Assembly: GCA_951406725.2 (NCBI GenBank)
Contig: OX597822.1
Span: 107,632,001-107,696,000, forward strand
DNA from: Octopus vulgaris
Taxonomy: Eukaryota
Direction: 5' to 3'
DNA length: 64,000 nucleotides
Of the stretch, positions 13,767-28,925 are shown piece by piece. The number at the start of each line of letters is the position of its first letter. The stretch's first letter is position 1. Under the pieces are notes generated by a model. It ran no database searches and was not told where the DNA came from. It saw only the letters and a program-made list of their open reading frames with translations. The position numbers were made by a program, and so were the translations under genes.

Positions 13767-14423
<657 letters not shown>

Positions 14424-15437
14424 ATCTAATATAACAGCAAGTCTGGCTTTGGATAACCATATTCCAGTGCAGATTCTACACATATATTCAGGGAGAAATG
14501 TGTTTCAAATTGGAGTCAAATCTTGTCTAGGAAGTTCTTGTTTCAAGATGGAACGTTCGATTTTCTGTCATTTAAATGTTTTACAATCAATATACATAAT
14601 TTTTTTTCCTAATTGATCGATTTTCCGCCGTTTTCTTTTTGCTATCATCATCCACACGAAAAGCCTTACGTTTGCAGCTTTTGGCTATTTGTCACTGATT
14701 GGTCCTATTTGTGAAGTATATATTTGTTGCACCAAAATTGATGGCATCCCTAAAACATTTCTGAGCTTTACTAATTACTTGCAAATCAACTACTTCGGAA
14801 ATCTCTCATCCACCATGATATTTAGATGACCAACCTAACACGTATGACTGCATAAGTAGAGCACCCCACTTGGTTCGTTAAAGAAAGCGATGGCTGGCAT
14901 TAGAGACGGCTGTTTAATATTTTAGATCATCTTAATGTTAGCTCGGTGAAATCATCACAAGTCTCTCATGTTTCCATATTTCAAAAGAGTATAAAAGGAT
15001 AGTTATAACGCACGATACATAGAGGCTCTGCTTGAATTGACGGGGATACCCCTGTTAGATTATACATTATTTTCTTCACTTCATAAGGCTTTGCGGGATT
15101 TTTTGGATTCTTTGATTTTTTGATTTTTTGATTCAGTATCAATGGATCTTGCTCTAGAGGGAGAACTACCAATGTAGATGAAAAGGTTGACCACATCCAC
15201 TCATGTGCCGCGGACGAAGATGTTCCGTTCGACATGTGACTAACCTAGAGAAAGAGAGAACATGACATTTGTCTTGTACAGATTGTTGGTAAGCCAAGGT
15301 ATTGCATGCTCTGAAGAAATGCTCCATTATAACCGGCATGTCTTTTGTGCGAGCGGCATATGTATATGTATACTGTATATTTCATTTAATAAACGGCTCG
15401 CATTTCATTTTAGAATTTCGTGGTTTCCTATTGATAT

Positions 15438-15487
<50 letters not shown>

Positions 15488-15562
15488 TTATCTATCTATT
15501 ATATGAATATATAATGAATTCATAAATTTCACATAAAAAACACATATTATCTATCTATTCAT

Positions 15563-15937
15563 GGGGAAGCACTCCGTCGGTTACGACGACGAGGGTTCCG
15601 GTTGATCCGAATCAACGGAACAGCCTGCTCGTGAAATTAACGTGTAAGTGGCTGAGCACACCACAGACACGTGTACCCTTAACGTAGTTCTCGGGGATAT
15701 TCAGCGTGACACAGAGAGTGACAAGGCCGGCCCTTTGAAATACAGGTACAACAGAAACAGGAAGTAAGAGTGAGAGAAAGTTGTGGTGAAAGAGTACAGC
15801 AGGGATCACCACCATCCCCTGCCGGAGCCCCGTGGAGCTTTTTTAGGTGTTTTCGCTCAATAAACACTCACAACGCCCGGTCTGGGAATCGAAACCGCGA
15901 GTCCGCTGCCCCTAACCACTGGGCCATTGCGCCTCCA
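15563..15937 (-). mobile_element. SINE family G, tail type X
   Basis: Near-identical reverse complement of 35994-36381. TATCTATCTATT on both flanks. Confidence 0.88.
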
Positions 15938-17034
15938 CTATCTATCTATTAATTTATAATTAATTCCTAAGTCGTATTTAGCGTTTCCAAACCATCAAAA
16001 TGTCATTTTGAAGAGTCGAATGGATTTGGTGTCTGCTCTGATTCTTATTTACTGGCTGAATTCATTTGGATATTTTTGGCAAATGATTTCGATTGTTGAG
16101 GGTTTGTGTCTTGTATAGATTTTTTTTTTTTTTGGCTACGGTCAGATTTGTAAATGTTACGCTTCGGTGCCTGTAGCAAGTGTTTAATCTTTGGTAAGTA
16201 TGTTGCTACATGTTTGTATTGGTATTGTGTTGCGATATGACTATCACTTGCTTAAGTAATCTGTTTTTTGTGGGGAATCTTTGTAAGTCAGTACTTAATT
16301 ATATAACTCTCACGTATAAGGAGGAACAGAGTTATGTCTTCGTAAATAAATATAACCATGACCATACACACGCATTCATATCAGTAAGTATTCAGGCCTC
16401 TTTCTATACGTGCATGCACATAGAGAGACACACATACACATGGTTATACGCAAAAGCATTCATACGTACACACAATCACACACACATACACAGAAACACA
16501 CGCACACCACACATACACACACATACGTATTTATATATAGCTGTGCATGTATATGTGTGGTAGCATTTCTGAGATAGATGTCTATGCCTAGAAAACGATC
16601 CGCCTTCGAGTTGCGCGATGAGCGTTCATTTTGTACGTTAAATTGGATTTCTTTTTAAATTAGCATGTGGTGTGACAGTTACAGTGACACACACACGTAA
16701 ACCCTTCAATTAATTAATTCTCAGATCGAATCAACATAATTAAGTAAAATATTTACGATAATGTTCCGAAAGACTGTCTACTCGAGGTTTTGGCACAGCG
16801 AGGTTAGGTTAAAAGATATATGACAAACATCACGCGCTATTGAAATGAATCCAGGAATTAATGGACGGAAACAAATATACTATATATATAGATACATACA
16901 TACACACACCCATATTCATATGTACATACATACGTACGAACATACATACATGGATACATACATTCATTCATACATACATGCATACATACATACGTTCATA
17001 CGTTCATACATACATGCATGCATACCTACAAAGT

Positions 17035-17277
17035 GACTGCCGAGAAGGCCGATGGAAAAAAAGGGAGTGTAGGGATTGATAAACAAGGCTGTACTATCCT
17101 GAGTAAAGCAACAACAACAACAACAGCAGCAGCAACAACAACCAGAAAAGAACATGGTAACAGATTTGCAAAAAATATGGCTTGATTATAGGAAGGTATT
17201 TGACTCTATGCCGCACTCATGGTTGCTGAAACGTCTAAGATTTACACGCATTAACATCCTTGATAATATCCTAAAAC
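17035..17277 (+). pseudogene. R4/Dong/R2-like non-LTR RT fragment interrupted by a CAA/CAG tract
   Basis: Manual translation gives (G)CREGRW..LINKAVLS*VK..DLQKIWLDYRKVFDSMPHSWLLKRL, matching the RT GCRK..QLLINKAVL..AWIDYKKAFDSVPHSW block. Confidence 0.75.
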
Positions 17278-17408
17278 TGTGATTCATGAAAAACGTCAAA
17301 TTCTTTCATATATATTCATGTAAAGACTCTGTCTCCTGCCTCGTTCTCCCTCTTCTTCACACACGCATATATATAAGTGTATGTATGTATGTATGTATAT
17401 ATGTATGC

Positions 17409-17488
<80 letters not shown>

Positions 17489-17564
17489 ATCTATTTTTTC
17501 ATCTATCTATCTACCTATATATCTATCTATCTATCTACCCATTTATCTATCTATCTATCTATCC

Positions 17565-17602
<38 letters not shown>

Positions 17603-17663
17603 GATGATTTCCACTTCTTTACTGAAGAATGCGATCTCTTCAATCAAAACATGCCGTCATGAG
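17278..17663 (+). repeat. copy 2 of the local duplication (shorter (TATC)n)
   Basis: Near-identical unique flanks to 13767-14423. Confidence 0.9.
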
Positions 17664-17676
17664 GGCACGAAAGTGG

Positions 17677-17722
<46 letters not shown>

Positions 17723-18089
17723 GAGAGAGATATAGATATATATATATAAGTTTCATTATTTCCATACACATATATGCATATGTATGCGTATACATGAGCG
17801 AGGTGGGACCATCCACCGCTATTCTGTTAATAATAAAAGGATCATATAAAAAGACATGTATGCTCATTTCTCTCAGATCCATTTTCCCATCTCTTAAACA
17901 GAAACACTTTCCAAATTAAAAATGACAACAAAACACCTTGTAAGTGGTAGTGATACTTTCTCGTTAAGTGTATAAACACACTCCCTTCCTGTCCCTTTTT
18001 CTCTCTACCCTGTCTCTCTCTCTCTCTCTCACTTCCATTATAATAGTCGCCAGCTAACAAAAAACACACATACACATACACACAGGCCA

Positions 18090-18330
18090 GGATGAATTCA
18101 AAGTTTCATTATTTCCACTGATGATGTTTGGCAACGTCTAAATTCATATTATTATGTTATATCATTAATTTGATACAGCTAGCCAAATCGTTGCTCAGTT
18201 GTCTATTCTATATTTTCATATAAAACACATATTAATTAAGATATTAATCTTTATTTTTTATGCTTCAATTTTGAGAATAAGAAGTGAAAAATTGCAGTTA
18301 CAGGCTGTCTACGCTGCCTGTGGAAAAAGA
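18090..18330 (+). mobile_element. 5' fragment of the same mariner family as 56710-57880
   Basis: Shares CACTGATGAT..TCTAAAT, TATTTTCATATAAAAC and TTTGA(G/A)AAT(A/C)AG..TGAAAAATTGCA(G/A)TTA blocks with 56740-56890. Confidence 0.5.
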
Positions 18331-18523
18331 ACTAATTGCAAGAAAAAAGGCGAAAAGAAATTAATAATATGCAAGAGTTTGTAACTCTCGACGCATGTGT
18401 GGCACAAAACTGGCCCATACGTTTCAAGGAAGGTGACGCTTGCCTCGAAGACAGACTAACTTAAGGGAGACATTCTGTTCTGGAAGATGAGGCATTGCTT
18501 CAAATGAGTGAACAAGAACTAAG

Positions 18524-18613
<90 letters not shown>

Positions 18614-19193
18614 GTAGAAGAAAGTGAGGAAAAGAAGGAGTAATTTAATTCTAAAACTAATAACGAGAAGATAGACATATGAAAGCGAAACAGAAATTGA
18701 AAGAAAGTTATTCTCAGAATGTAAACAAAGATGGCGTCGTAAATCGTAACGGAGATGCTAGCTGACATTAAAGGAAAATAAAAATAATAAATAACATATG
18801 AAAACAATACTTATCATAAAAGTTACAGTCCAAACCCTCGTGCTTGTACGAATAAGTTTTCCTTCACAACAGAAGAGAAAACACTGCTTTTTCTTTCTTA
18901 CTTTTGGCTGGAGATAAATTAATGACTTGCCACCATGTACTTTTTCGGTGAAGAATCTAGCGTTCGTAACTAACTTTACTGTATTATATTTGGCTTCAAG
19001 CAAAATATATTACGTTTTTAATTAATATATTTTTAATTAATGTATTTTCGTAGACTTTATGAGTTAACAAGTTCTACGTTTTGTTACTTTTAGTAGATTA
19101 TTTCGTCGATTTATGCAAACCTTTTTGTTTTTTCATAGAGCAAAAGCAAGCACGCCTTTCCCCTACGAAAAGCGGAAGTAATATATATATATG

Positions 19194-19245
<52 letters not shown>

Positions 19246-19597
19246 TATAGTCGTAAATGACAGAAATAGTTTGATGACCTTTTATTTAAGAATACCGAAA
19301 AAAAATTTTTTGTAGCTGGAAAACCTGCAAATAATTTATTATATGATATTTAATGATAAGTAAATCACTTACATTTCTGCATTAATGGGAAATGAAACAA
19401 ACATTCGTTTGAAATAATGTAAAATTTGAGCTACGTCGTTATCTGTTGTATATTACTAAATATTCTATACAGTTTGTAAAAATGATACATTATGGAGCTT
19501 TTTTTATGAGTACTACTGTATTACCTGAATCCATTTATAGAGACTTAAACATACATACATATATACATACATACATACATACATACATACATAATAC

Positions 19598-19704
<107 letters not shown>

Positions 19705-19707
19705 TAC

Positions 19708-19768
<61 letters not shown>

Positions 19769-20211
19769 TATACACTCATATATATCACACTTAGAGATCG
19801 AGGTGTAGGAAGAAAATTAATTTCAAGCAATCCGTTGTAATTGTGAAACAACAACTTTTCAGTGACAATAATTATTTACTGATACGGAAGAATATGGGGT
19901 TTTTTTTCGTATCGAAGAACGATAAACAGAAAATAGTTCTTTTTGTACCTCACGGTGCGCGGCTGGAGTTGTCGGGTGTGTGAATAAGAATGCAAGAGTT
20001 AAGGAATGGAATGGATATCATGCCGGACTGAAGAGTAACCTACGATATAAACCGCCTTGGTGGTAGTTATCAAGTGAGGTAATGAGCCTGAAATGTGGTT
20101 GTGTCGCGATACACAGCTATACGAAGCTTACATTCTCATTCAGTCTGGCTCTGTATATGTGTACACACACACACACACAACACACACAAACACACACATG
20201 CACACACACCC

Positions 20212-20245
<34 letters not shown>

Positions 20246-20321
20246 TATATGTATGTGAATATATATATATATATTTATAATTACATACACAACACACACA
20301 AACACACACATGCACACACAC

Positions 20322-20371
<50 letters not shown>

Positions 20372-20868
20372 GAATATACATATATATATTTATAATTACA
20401 TACACAAAACACACACACACATTATAATTACACACAAACACACAAACGCATACACATATATTACATGTGTGCCTATGTGTTCATGTATGTGTGTATGAGA
20501 CTTATTATGCATAAATGGATTTGTATAAATACATATATATCAAGATTAATATTATAAAGTTATTTACACTTAATCCCAAACAGTCGAGAAAAGTTTCGTA
20601 GCGTAAACATGGTATGTTTTTATTTCGCACCATATTTCCCTGTTGAATATGTTTATAAGATTAACATCTCATCTAAGTGAACATGTATGCAACATATATG
20701 GTTTATGAAAATCTGTTTTGTGTGTGAGAAAGTGTCGCCCTTTACATGCATATTTACATGTTAAGTTTGTTTTATTCAAATCCGTTTGTGTGCGGAGACT
20801 GTCATATTACTCATAAGCAAATTGTAGTTTTAAACAAACAAACATATACATAAGTACAGACGTAGACA

Positions 20869-20937
<69 letters not shown>

Positions 20938-21042
20938 TATTTATATATATATATATGCATGTGTACGTGATACATATAAAGACATTTAGAAATATCAACA
21001 AATTAACAAAGCAGCTATAAATATTCATGAACACGTGGCAAC

Positions 21043-21108
<66 letters not shown>

Positions 21109-21163
21109 CTATCTGTATGTCTGTCTGTCTGTCTATATATCTATAGAGGGCACGAAAGTCGTG

Positions 21164-21246
<83 letters not shown>

Positions 21247-22430
21247 GTATATGTGTATCTGCATATCTACCTAAGTATATATTAACATTTACGGACAAAG
21301 AGTGAGGGAACGAAAGAAGTGTACGTATTCATACACATCGATGTTCGTACATGTATGTACATGCATCTCTTTACACGATGCTACACATACGGCTGTATAC
21401 AAAGCATATGTACATGTACACTAAAAGCCTCTTGAGCGTTGATGCAATGTTTTATGTTCAATAGACCAAGAAATTACTTAGTGAAGTGGGTATCAGTATA
21501 ATATCCGGCGTATTGCTGTATTGAGCTTTGAAATGCGTCCATAGCATAATGACATGGTTCTGTCGCGCAAGTTAATGCTATCTTCAAAGAGATATTTCTC
21601 TCAGAGGTAAAGTGTGTTGTTGATATCTCGGTTAACTTTGAGCATTTTCCGTTAACCACGACATGATCAATCGGTGAATTTGATTCTGGTTTTAGTCTTT
21701 GCTAGTATTGTTTCAATTCTAAAAGTCAAGCAGTGATTGCATTAAGTTTGAACAAATACCGATTTATTGAATACATTTTATTATCAAACAATTTGGTGTT
21801 CATACTTATAACTCGGGTCTCTGTATTAGCTGACAGAAGTTCGATTCTTGGAAAAAGATGTATGATTCATCAAACCGAACCGACATCATTGCTGGAATAT
21901 AATATTACATATGAAACGAAAGAACAAACAATTTATGCATGGGTGAGTTGAACTCGGGACGATGAAGTCAAATATTACCAATGTCTAGTAATGTGAGTAA
22001 TTAATCGCTGTAATGTTAGGAGTTTTCAAAGTAGCTCGTACTGGTTCTGCGATAGGACAGGCCATTACATACACATACATACATAAACAGACAGACACAC
22101 ACACACACACTCATACACACACACATATATATATCCAGTCGAACCCGATCATATATGAGCGTTCATCTTTTGACGAACGATCTGCACAATTGATTTGTTT
22201 ATAGTGATCAAATGTTCGTGCCGTACATTAGCTCATCCTCTCCGTTAAGTCGACGTTTTCTAAACAGGTGGACAGTGTACCACGCGTCAGATGTCGACTT
22301 GATTGTAGAACAAAAGGGGATGAAGTATTTTGCTCAAGATCACAACTCCCCACTCGGTCTAGGAATTGAAACTACGATCTAGAGATCATGAGAATATATA
22401 TATATATATGTATGAAAGTCTATATATATA

Positions 22431-22645
22431 CACAGGCTGAGTTTCGAAAAAAAAAAACAAAAGACGAAGACAGATGGTGTACAAAACAAACAGACGTATT
22501 AGTATAACGCTCAGGAATAGAAAAAGTCTTTTACGTTTCGAGCCTACGCTCTTCTACAGAAAGGGATACAGAAAACACAAGGAGAGAAACAAGGAGGGAA
22601 AAAAATGTGTGTTGTGGCTAACGATCTATCATGGCGACTGATAGT
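22431..22645 (-). mobile_element. hammerhead-bearing cassette, subfamily A copy 2
   Basis: Minus 22563-22528: CUUU-CUGUAGA-A-GAGC(GUAG)GCUC-GAA-ACGU-A-AAAG. Confidence 0.7.
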
Positions 22646-22649
22646 ATAT

Positions 22650-22705
<56 letters not shown>

Positions 22706-22853
22706 GGTTTAAGTAATTGAGATTCAAGTGAATTCTAATGAATTCACATGAATATGGTCCTTAACTAGGATGCACCGGAAATCTATATGGTGCTAACCAT
22801 ACGACAAGTGGGGTGATTACAAATAGGAAAAAAACAACAAGAATGGATTAAAA

Positions 22854-22941
22854 TCTCGGTACAATTGTTTCGTACGAGGACATCTTTAATAAGCTACAAA
22901 AAATGCAGTAAATACAGACGGCTCGTACTCGTCAGCCGAAA
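22854..22941 (-). ncRNA. type I hammerhead ribozyme with canonical core and long helix II, inside a TA-bounded cassette (22705-23068)
   Basis: UUUCGG-CUGACGA-GUACGAG-[43 nt with nested hairpins]-CUCGUAC-GAA-AC(AAUU)GU-A-CCGAGA. 6-bp stem I, 7-bp stem II, palindromic stem III, GUA cleavage triplet. Confidence 0.8.
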
Positions 22942-23115
22942 AAACATCAGAGAATTCCCAAACATCAAAAGGGGTAGATACAAAAGAGGGTGTAAGATTA
23001 ACTGCATTGAAGAAAGTTCGATTCCTGGAGATCCGATGAAAGGTTTTAAACTTACAAAATTTGTGCATGTCTATATATACTATATATACTATATACTATA
23101 TATATATACTATATA

Positions 23116-23159
<44 letters not shown>

Positions 23160-23162
<3 letters not shown>

Positions 23163-26157
23163 AAGATTTCATCGAAACCCCCCAGACTGACCGAAGTTTT
23201 GGTGAACCACTTCCTACCAGGAATAACTTGCCTCCGAGGCTTTGCCCCCAACACAGCCACTTCAGGCGGTCGGCGAGACGGGACATGACTAGATACCATA
23301 ACCTCTCCCTCCAACCGTATCACAATATTAAAATTAATTAAACCCAGATTACATTAGCCACAGACGATATAACAATCCTCAGTACAACCATATTCCAGTA
23401 CACTACACAACCACTCCACCAAACATACTACCATAGACACACTTTACACCCATTTTTTAGACGCAAACCAGAGAAACCAGAGTTGTGAAATGGAAACAAA
23501 TAAACAAGTCCAACCGAAAATAATCAACCTGTCAAAGAAAATCCTGAGTTCTATACAAATCAAAATCCTAGCAAGAGGTCTAAAATTTAACCCTACCCCC
23601 TGCAGATCGAACCCAAATGAAATCAAGGATAATACTCTGGACTTCTGCCGAAATTACGCCTCACAGAAGCTCTTTACAACTACACCAGTGAAGATGACTC
23701 AATAGTGAAAAACAAAAGTGAGTACCATCCTACAAAAGGTGGAAATAAAGCACTTGATGTTTTCTGTGATCACATGACTTGTTTTCCTTACAATGCCATT
23801 CCAAAACAACATATCAAATCCAACCTTAATTTAAATGAATGGAAAGACTTTGTCGAGCTAAAAAATGACATAAACCTCACTATTAAAGAATCCGACAAAC
23901 GAAGTGCGGTAGTATTGATGGATACAGAGTACTACACAAATTTAATACTTTCCATGTTGGAAAATAATACTTACTATGAAAAACTGACATATTACAACCC
24001 ACAGAAGACACTGAAAAATTTTTCCTCCCTACTCCAAACTCATGGAAAGGGTCTTACAACACATGAAATTGACTATCTATCCAATTTCAAATACAGTTCC
24101 AGTCTATTCTATGGATTACCCAAGATACATAAATATCCTGTGAAGCTTGCAAAGTCTCTACAAGCCTATGCATTAATGTCCCTCCACCTACTGACCTCAA
24201 ACTTAGACCCATCATAGCTGGCCCTTCTTGCGAAACCCACCGTTTGAGTAACTTCCTTGACATATTACTCAAACCACTATTAAAATATGTGAAAAGCTAT
24301 ATCAGGGCCGACCTAGACATGCTGAACCACCTCCCGAAGACAGTAAAGGACGGAACTCTATTGGTGTATGTCGATGTGGTGAATCTATACACTAATATCC
24401 CACACAACAATGGTATAGAAGCAATCCAATTTTGGCTAGAAAAATACCCAAAAGAGATCCCAGGTCGAATTAACCACAATTTTATAATTGAAACACTGAA
24501 ATTCGTCCTGTTGAACAATCATTTCTTGTTCGATACTACTTACTATCGACAGTAATGCGGAATTGCAATGGGAACCAGAGCTGCTCCAGTGATTGCAAAC
24601 CTCGTAATGGGTTACCACGAACTTAAGTTATACCAATCATCACTAGAAAAATATGGCGCCTCTTTCAATTGCTACTTAAAAGAGAACTGGAAGAGATATT
24701 TAGATGATTGTTTCATACTTTGGCAAGATAGCATGGATCAACTCCTTGATTTCAAAAGAATGCTCAACAACATACACATCAATATACAATTTACTATGGA
24801 ACACTACAGTAAGCAACTACCTTTTCTAGACATCTTAATTAGAATAGTTAACAACCACATAGAAACAGACATCTTTTATAAACCCACAGATTCTAAACAA
24901 TACCTATTATTTAACTCCTGCCACCCCAAACACATAAAAATCAACATACCCTTTAACCTAGCAAAAAGAATCTGCACCATAGTTTCCGATACATACACTC
25001 GGGAACATAGACTCCTTGAACTTAGATCTACACTAACCAAAAGACACTACCCAATCTCATTAGTAAATGAAGGCATCAAAAGAGCTAAGGAAATAGATAT
25101 ACAAAGATTAAGGAAAACTAGCCGAAATACTAAACAAGACTTAAAAACACTCCCGTACATCTCCACACATAACCCCAGAAACAACGAAGCCTTCAACATC
25201 ATCTCCCAAAACCTTCCCCTCCTCACAGCAGACAAAACAATGAACGAAATATTAAACTCATATAAAATTATAAAAAGCAAGAAGCAACCAAAGTCACTGA
25301 AAAAATATTAACCAGCGCTAGACTTTACCCACTAACTACTGAGCCAAAAGTGATAAAATGTGGACGTTCTAACTGTGGAACATGCCCCCACCTTTTGGAG
25401 GGTTCAGAATTACAATGCAAACAAGGAGAAATATTTAAGATCAAATCAAATTTCACCTGCTCCTCAGCAAACGTAATCTATGTCATTACATGCATAGGAT
25501 GTGGTAAACTCTATATTGGACAAACAGGAATTTCACTCCGTCAAAGAATCACCATTCACAAAGAGCATATCCGTCACCCACAATACAGACTGTTAAAGGT
25601 GAGTGAACACATAGAAAGATGTGCCAGGAATCTTAATCCCAATTTCCAAATATTTCCCTTTTACCAATGCTCACAGAACACCACAATGCAACAAAGGCTG
25701 AATAAAGAGACATTTTTCATCAACAAATTTCTCCCCCAACTAAATATGAACACACAACTCAATACATAACACCACTAAACCACTAAACCCTATACACTAC
25801 GTACATCACTCACATCTCTAATTCCAGAACTACTTACCTCCCTTACAAATAATCTTTTTTCTCATGAACTATTAGACCTGACACCGTATATTAACCGGTG
25901 TTGTTCAAACGATGAATAGACTCCGCGTAAATCACTGGTTCGTTTTGTTCTCTTACTTTATTATCATCTAATAATCATCTCATAATAATGATCTTTATGA
26001 CTCGTATTACTACCTCAGTCAATCTTAATATATATTTTTTTTCACTACCTGTCATAAATAGCCTTTCTCTATTTGCGATATGCATTTTCGTTGATTTTTC
26101 ATATTTTACCCTTACATTTCCACGTGTATTTTATATTTTATTTTCGTAACATATTTC

Positions 26158-26160
<3 letters not shown>
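23160..26160 (+). mobile_element. Penelope-like retroelement (Neptune-type), RT + GIY-YIG endonuclease, disabled, bounded by (TA)n on both sides
   Basis: Consecutive ORF pieces give PLE motifs in order: IINLSKKILS..LARGLKFNPTP, TIKESDKRSAVVLMD, FYGLPKIHK, LRPIIAG, VDVVNLYTNIPH, GIAMGTRAAPVIANL, WKRYLDDCF, LPFLDI, FYKPTD..SCHPKH, linker CGRSNCGTC, NVIYVITCIGCGKLYIGQT..RITIH..SEH. The Cys-rich linker suggests the Neptune group. Confidence 0.93.
23490..25769 (+). pseudogene. PLE reverse transcriptase / GIY-YIG endonuclease ORF broken by about 3 frameshifts and 1 stop
   Basis: ORFs 23490-23705, 23705-24217, 24244-24555, 24568-25311 and 25350-25769 are collinear pieces of one protein. There is an in-frame TAA at 24553-24555 and frame changes near 23650, 24135 and 25305. 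Confidence 0.92.
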
Positions 26161-26223
<63 letters not shown>

Positions 26224-26235
26224 TCTTGAAAAAAT

Positions 26236-26431
26236 GTGACATCGTTTGTACCGTTAGCGATTTTTTCCTGTCTCCCCTTCTCTGGATCTTTCCTTCTCCT
26301 ATGTTTCCGACGAAGAGGGCCGCTCGAAACGTTAAACCCTCCTTCTTTCCTTCTTTCCTGAGCGTCCAATAATACTATATTTGTTCTACGTACTCGCGTT
26401 GTTGTGTTTTTTTGTGCTTTCTTGTTTGGAT

Positions 26432-26436
<5 letters not shown>
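26236..26436 (+). mobile_element. hammerhead-bearing cassette, subfamily B copy 2, directly downstream of the PLE ORF
   Basis: 26303-26337: GUUU-CCGACGA-A-GAG(GGCCG)CUC-GAA-ACGU-U-AAAC. Ends GGATTAAC(TA)n. Confidence 0.7.
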
Positions 26437-26492
<56 letters not shown>

Positions 26493-26688
26493 GAGTGTAT
26501 CTTTAACTTGTTAACAATTAACACGGAAAAAAAAAATATTTACCAGGGTAGCAAAAAATCTCACAATTATAGAGATTGTAACTCCTTGTCTATAAAGGTA
26601 GACACTTCGTGTTTACCTGGTATTTTTTGTATAATATATGAATAAAGATATTTGATTTATACCTGCGTTAAACTCCATTTATTTATTC

Positions 26689-26719
<31 letters not shown>

Positions 26720-27116
26720 CTAGCAGTATCGCCCGGCGTTGCTCGGGTTTGTAAGGGAAATAACTATATAAGCATTTTTAGAGATGTAAAGTATAATAGC
26801 CATCTCAATATGGCTAACCACAGAGGAGGGAGGTGTTACTGTAGTTTTTTACGTTCTGAGATTTAATAATACATTTTTAGAGAGTTACTTCCCTTATATA
26901 TGCCAAAAATGCATTAAAAATGGGAAAATTGATGTTAATTTTTTTTTTTAATCGTAGACTCATCGTAGACGCGCGCTAATACCCAGAAGGGCTCCATATG
27001 AATCACGACTATAAGATACTCGGTTTTGGTTAAACTGCACCTCAAAATGTGGGAGTAGTTAGGAATCTAAATCGTAGGAGACAGACAGCACACAACCTCA
27101 CTTTTATATATAAAGA
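26720..27116 (-). mobile_element. non-autonomous Helitron, copy 1
   Basis: Minus strand starts A|TCTTTATATATAAAAG and ends with the hairpin CCCGAGCAACGCCGGG plus CTAG|T. A|T insertion inside a TA tract, no TSD. Confidence 0.85.
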
Positions 27117-27470
27117 TATATATATATATACTTATTTATAATTATTTGCAGGATCAAATAAAACCGAGATATTTTAATAAGAAGACCAAGGTAGTGTCAA
27201 GGGCAGAAGACACTCGTATATCAACAGTGTATATAGAAAGTCCCGTACTTACTAGAGTATATACGGATTTGTCCCTCCTCCAGTTACACATGCATCTACA
27301 TGTACATACCAAAAACTCTCAACGTATACATAAAATCACGCAAACATACACTCCCTCATGTAGTCCACGACGTGTGTGTGTATGTGTGTATGTGAGTGTG
27401 TGTGTGCATGCGCATATACTTCATGTCTGTTTTTTCTCAAACTGAATATCTCGCACTACATTATTCAAAG

Positions 27471-27812
27471 TCTTTACTCTTTTACTTGTTTCAGTCATTT
27501 GACTGCGACCATGCAGGAGCACCGCCTTTAGTCGAGCCTTTAATCGACCCCGGGACTTATTCTTTGTAAGCCCAGTACTTATTCTATCGGTCTCTTTTGC
27601 CGAACCGCTAAGTGACGCAGACACACAAACATATACATACACATACATATATATATATATATATACATACGTACGACAGGCTTCTTTCAGTTTCCGTCTA
27701 CCAAATCCACTCACAAGGCATTGGTCGGCCCGAGGCTATAGCAGAAGACACTTGCCCAAGATGCCACGCAGTAGGACTGAACCCAGAAACATGTGGTTGG
27801 TAGGCAAGCTAC
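27471..27812 (-). mobile_element. SINE family B (5'-truncated, internal deletion)
   Basis: Homology to 40756-41176. Confidence 0.82.
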
Positions 27813-28446
27813 TTTGCCTTTGATTCTTTCCAAATATTTTGTCTGGTGCAATAGATGTTTCACTGTTATTTTTACGAGCAATCACATATAAATCCCTCAT
27901 TTTTACTGTTTAAACCATTAGGGACATTACCGGAATCCTTGATAATTCTTCGTTTAGAAATGTTTTCCGTTGTATTTCGATGTATAAACTTAAAATTCTC
28001 AGTAAATATCGTTTCCTCGTGTGGCAAGTTATTATTATATCTTATGAATTCTGTCCGTAGTTATTTTCTTTGAAAAGTTAACACTCGAATAGGTTATATT
28101 AAGTTAAACTTTTCAATTACATCCTCAATTTTACTCCATAGTTAAGAGTTTTCCAACAAACAACTTGACAAGGAGAATGATATAAACTAGCAGAACCCTA
28201 AAAAACTCTATGGGTTTCATTGATGAATAAATCTTCATGACACCGAATACAGTTTTTTTCCAAAATACAATCCTTTCTAGGATCCGAGGCCTGTCAATTA
28301 TAAGTATTAATATTATTCATTAATAAGTACCTGTTAAGTTAAAATACACATAGGGACATCATAAAGAAAATTTATTCAATATCCGTAGTAATATTTTAAA
28401 AGTGTTATTTGCTTGGAAGTAATTTTCAGTATTGTTGTATCTAAGA

Positions 28447-28742
28447 CAAACAGTATCGCCCGGCGTTGCTCGGGTTTGTAAGGGAAATAACTATATAAGC
28501 ATTTTTAGAGAGTTACTTCCCTTATATAAAACCGAGCGAAAAATGGATTAAAAATGGTGGTAATTTTTATTTTAAATCGTAGACTCATCGTAGACGCACG
28601 CTAATACCCAGAAGGGCTCGATATGAATTGTAACTATAAGATACCCGCTTTTGGTTAAACTGCACCGCAAAATGTGGGAGTAGTTAGGAATCTAAATCGA
28701 AGGGGACAGACACTCACACAACTACAGTTTTATATATAAAGA
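28447..28742 (-). mobile_element. non-autonomous Helitron, copy 2 (shorter, CTAG mutated)
   Basis: Collinear with 26720-27116 with the same 5' TC end and 3' hairpin. Lacks about 100 bp lying between two CATTTTTAGAGA direct repeats. Confidence 0.8.
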
Positions 28743-28925
28743 TATAGCGTTACGTTACTTTAACGGCGTTTTTAATATAAATGCCTCGTCCAGAGGAATT
28801 GATACTGTACGATTTCTTTCATATAAATATAAACGTTTTGTATGTAAAAAAATATTCTTCCGTATAACATTATAGCATCCTGACGCAAATGTAGGTTTGA
28901 ATTAGGTTACATGTGTAATAGTATA

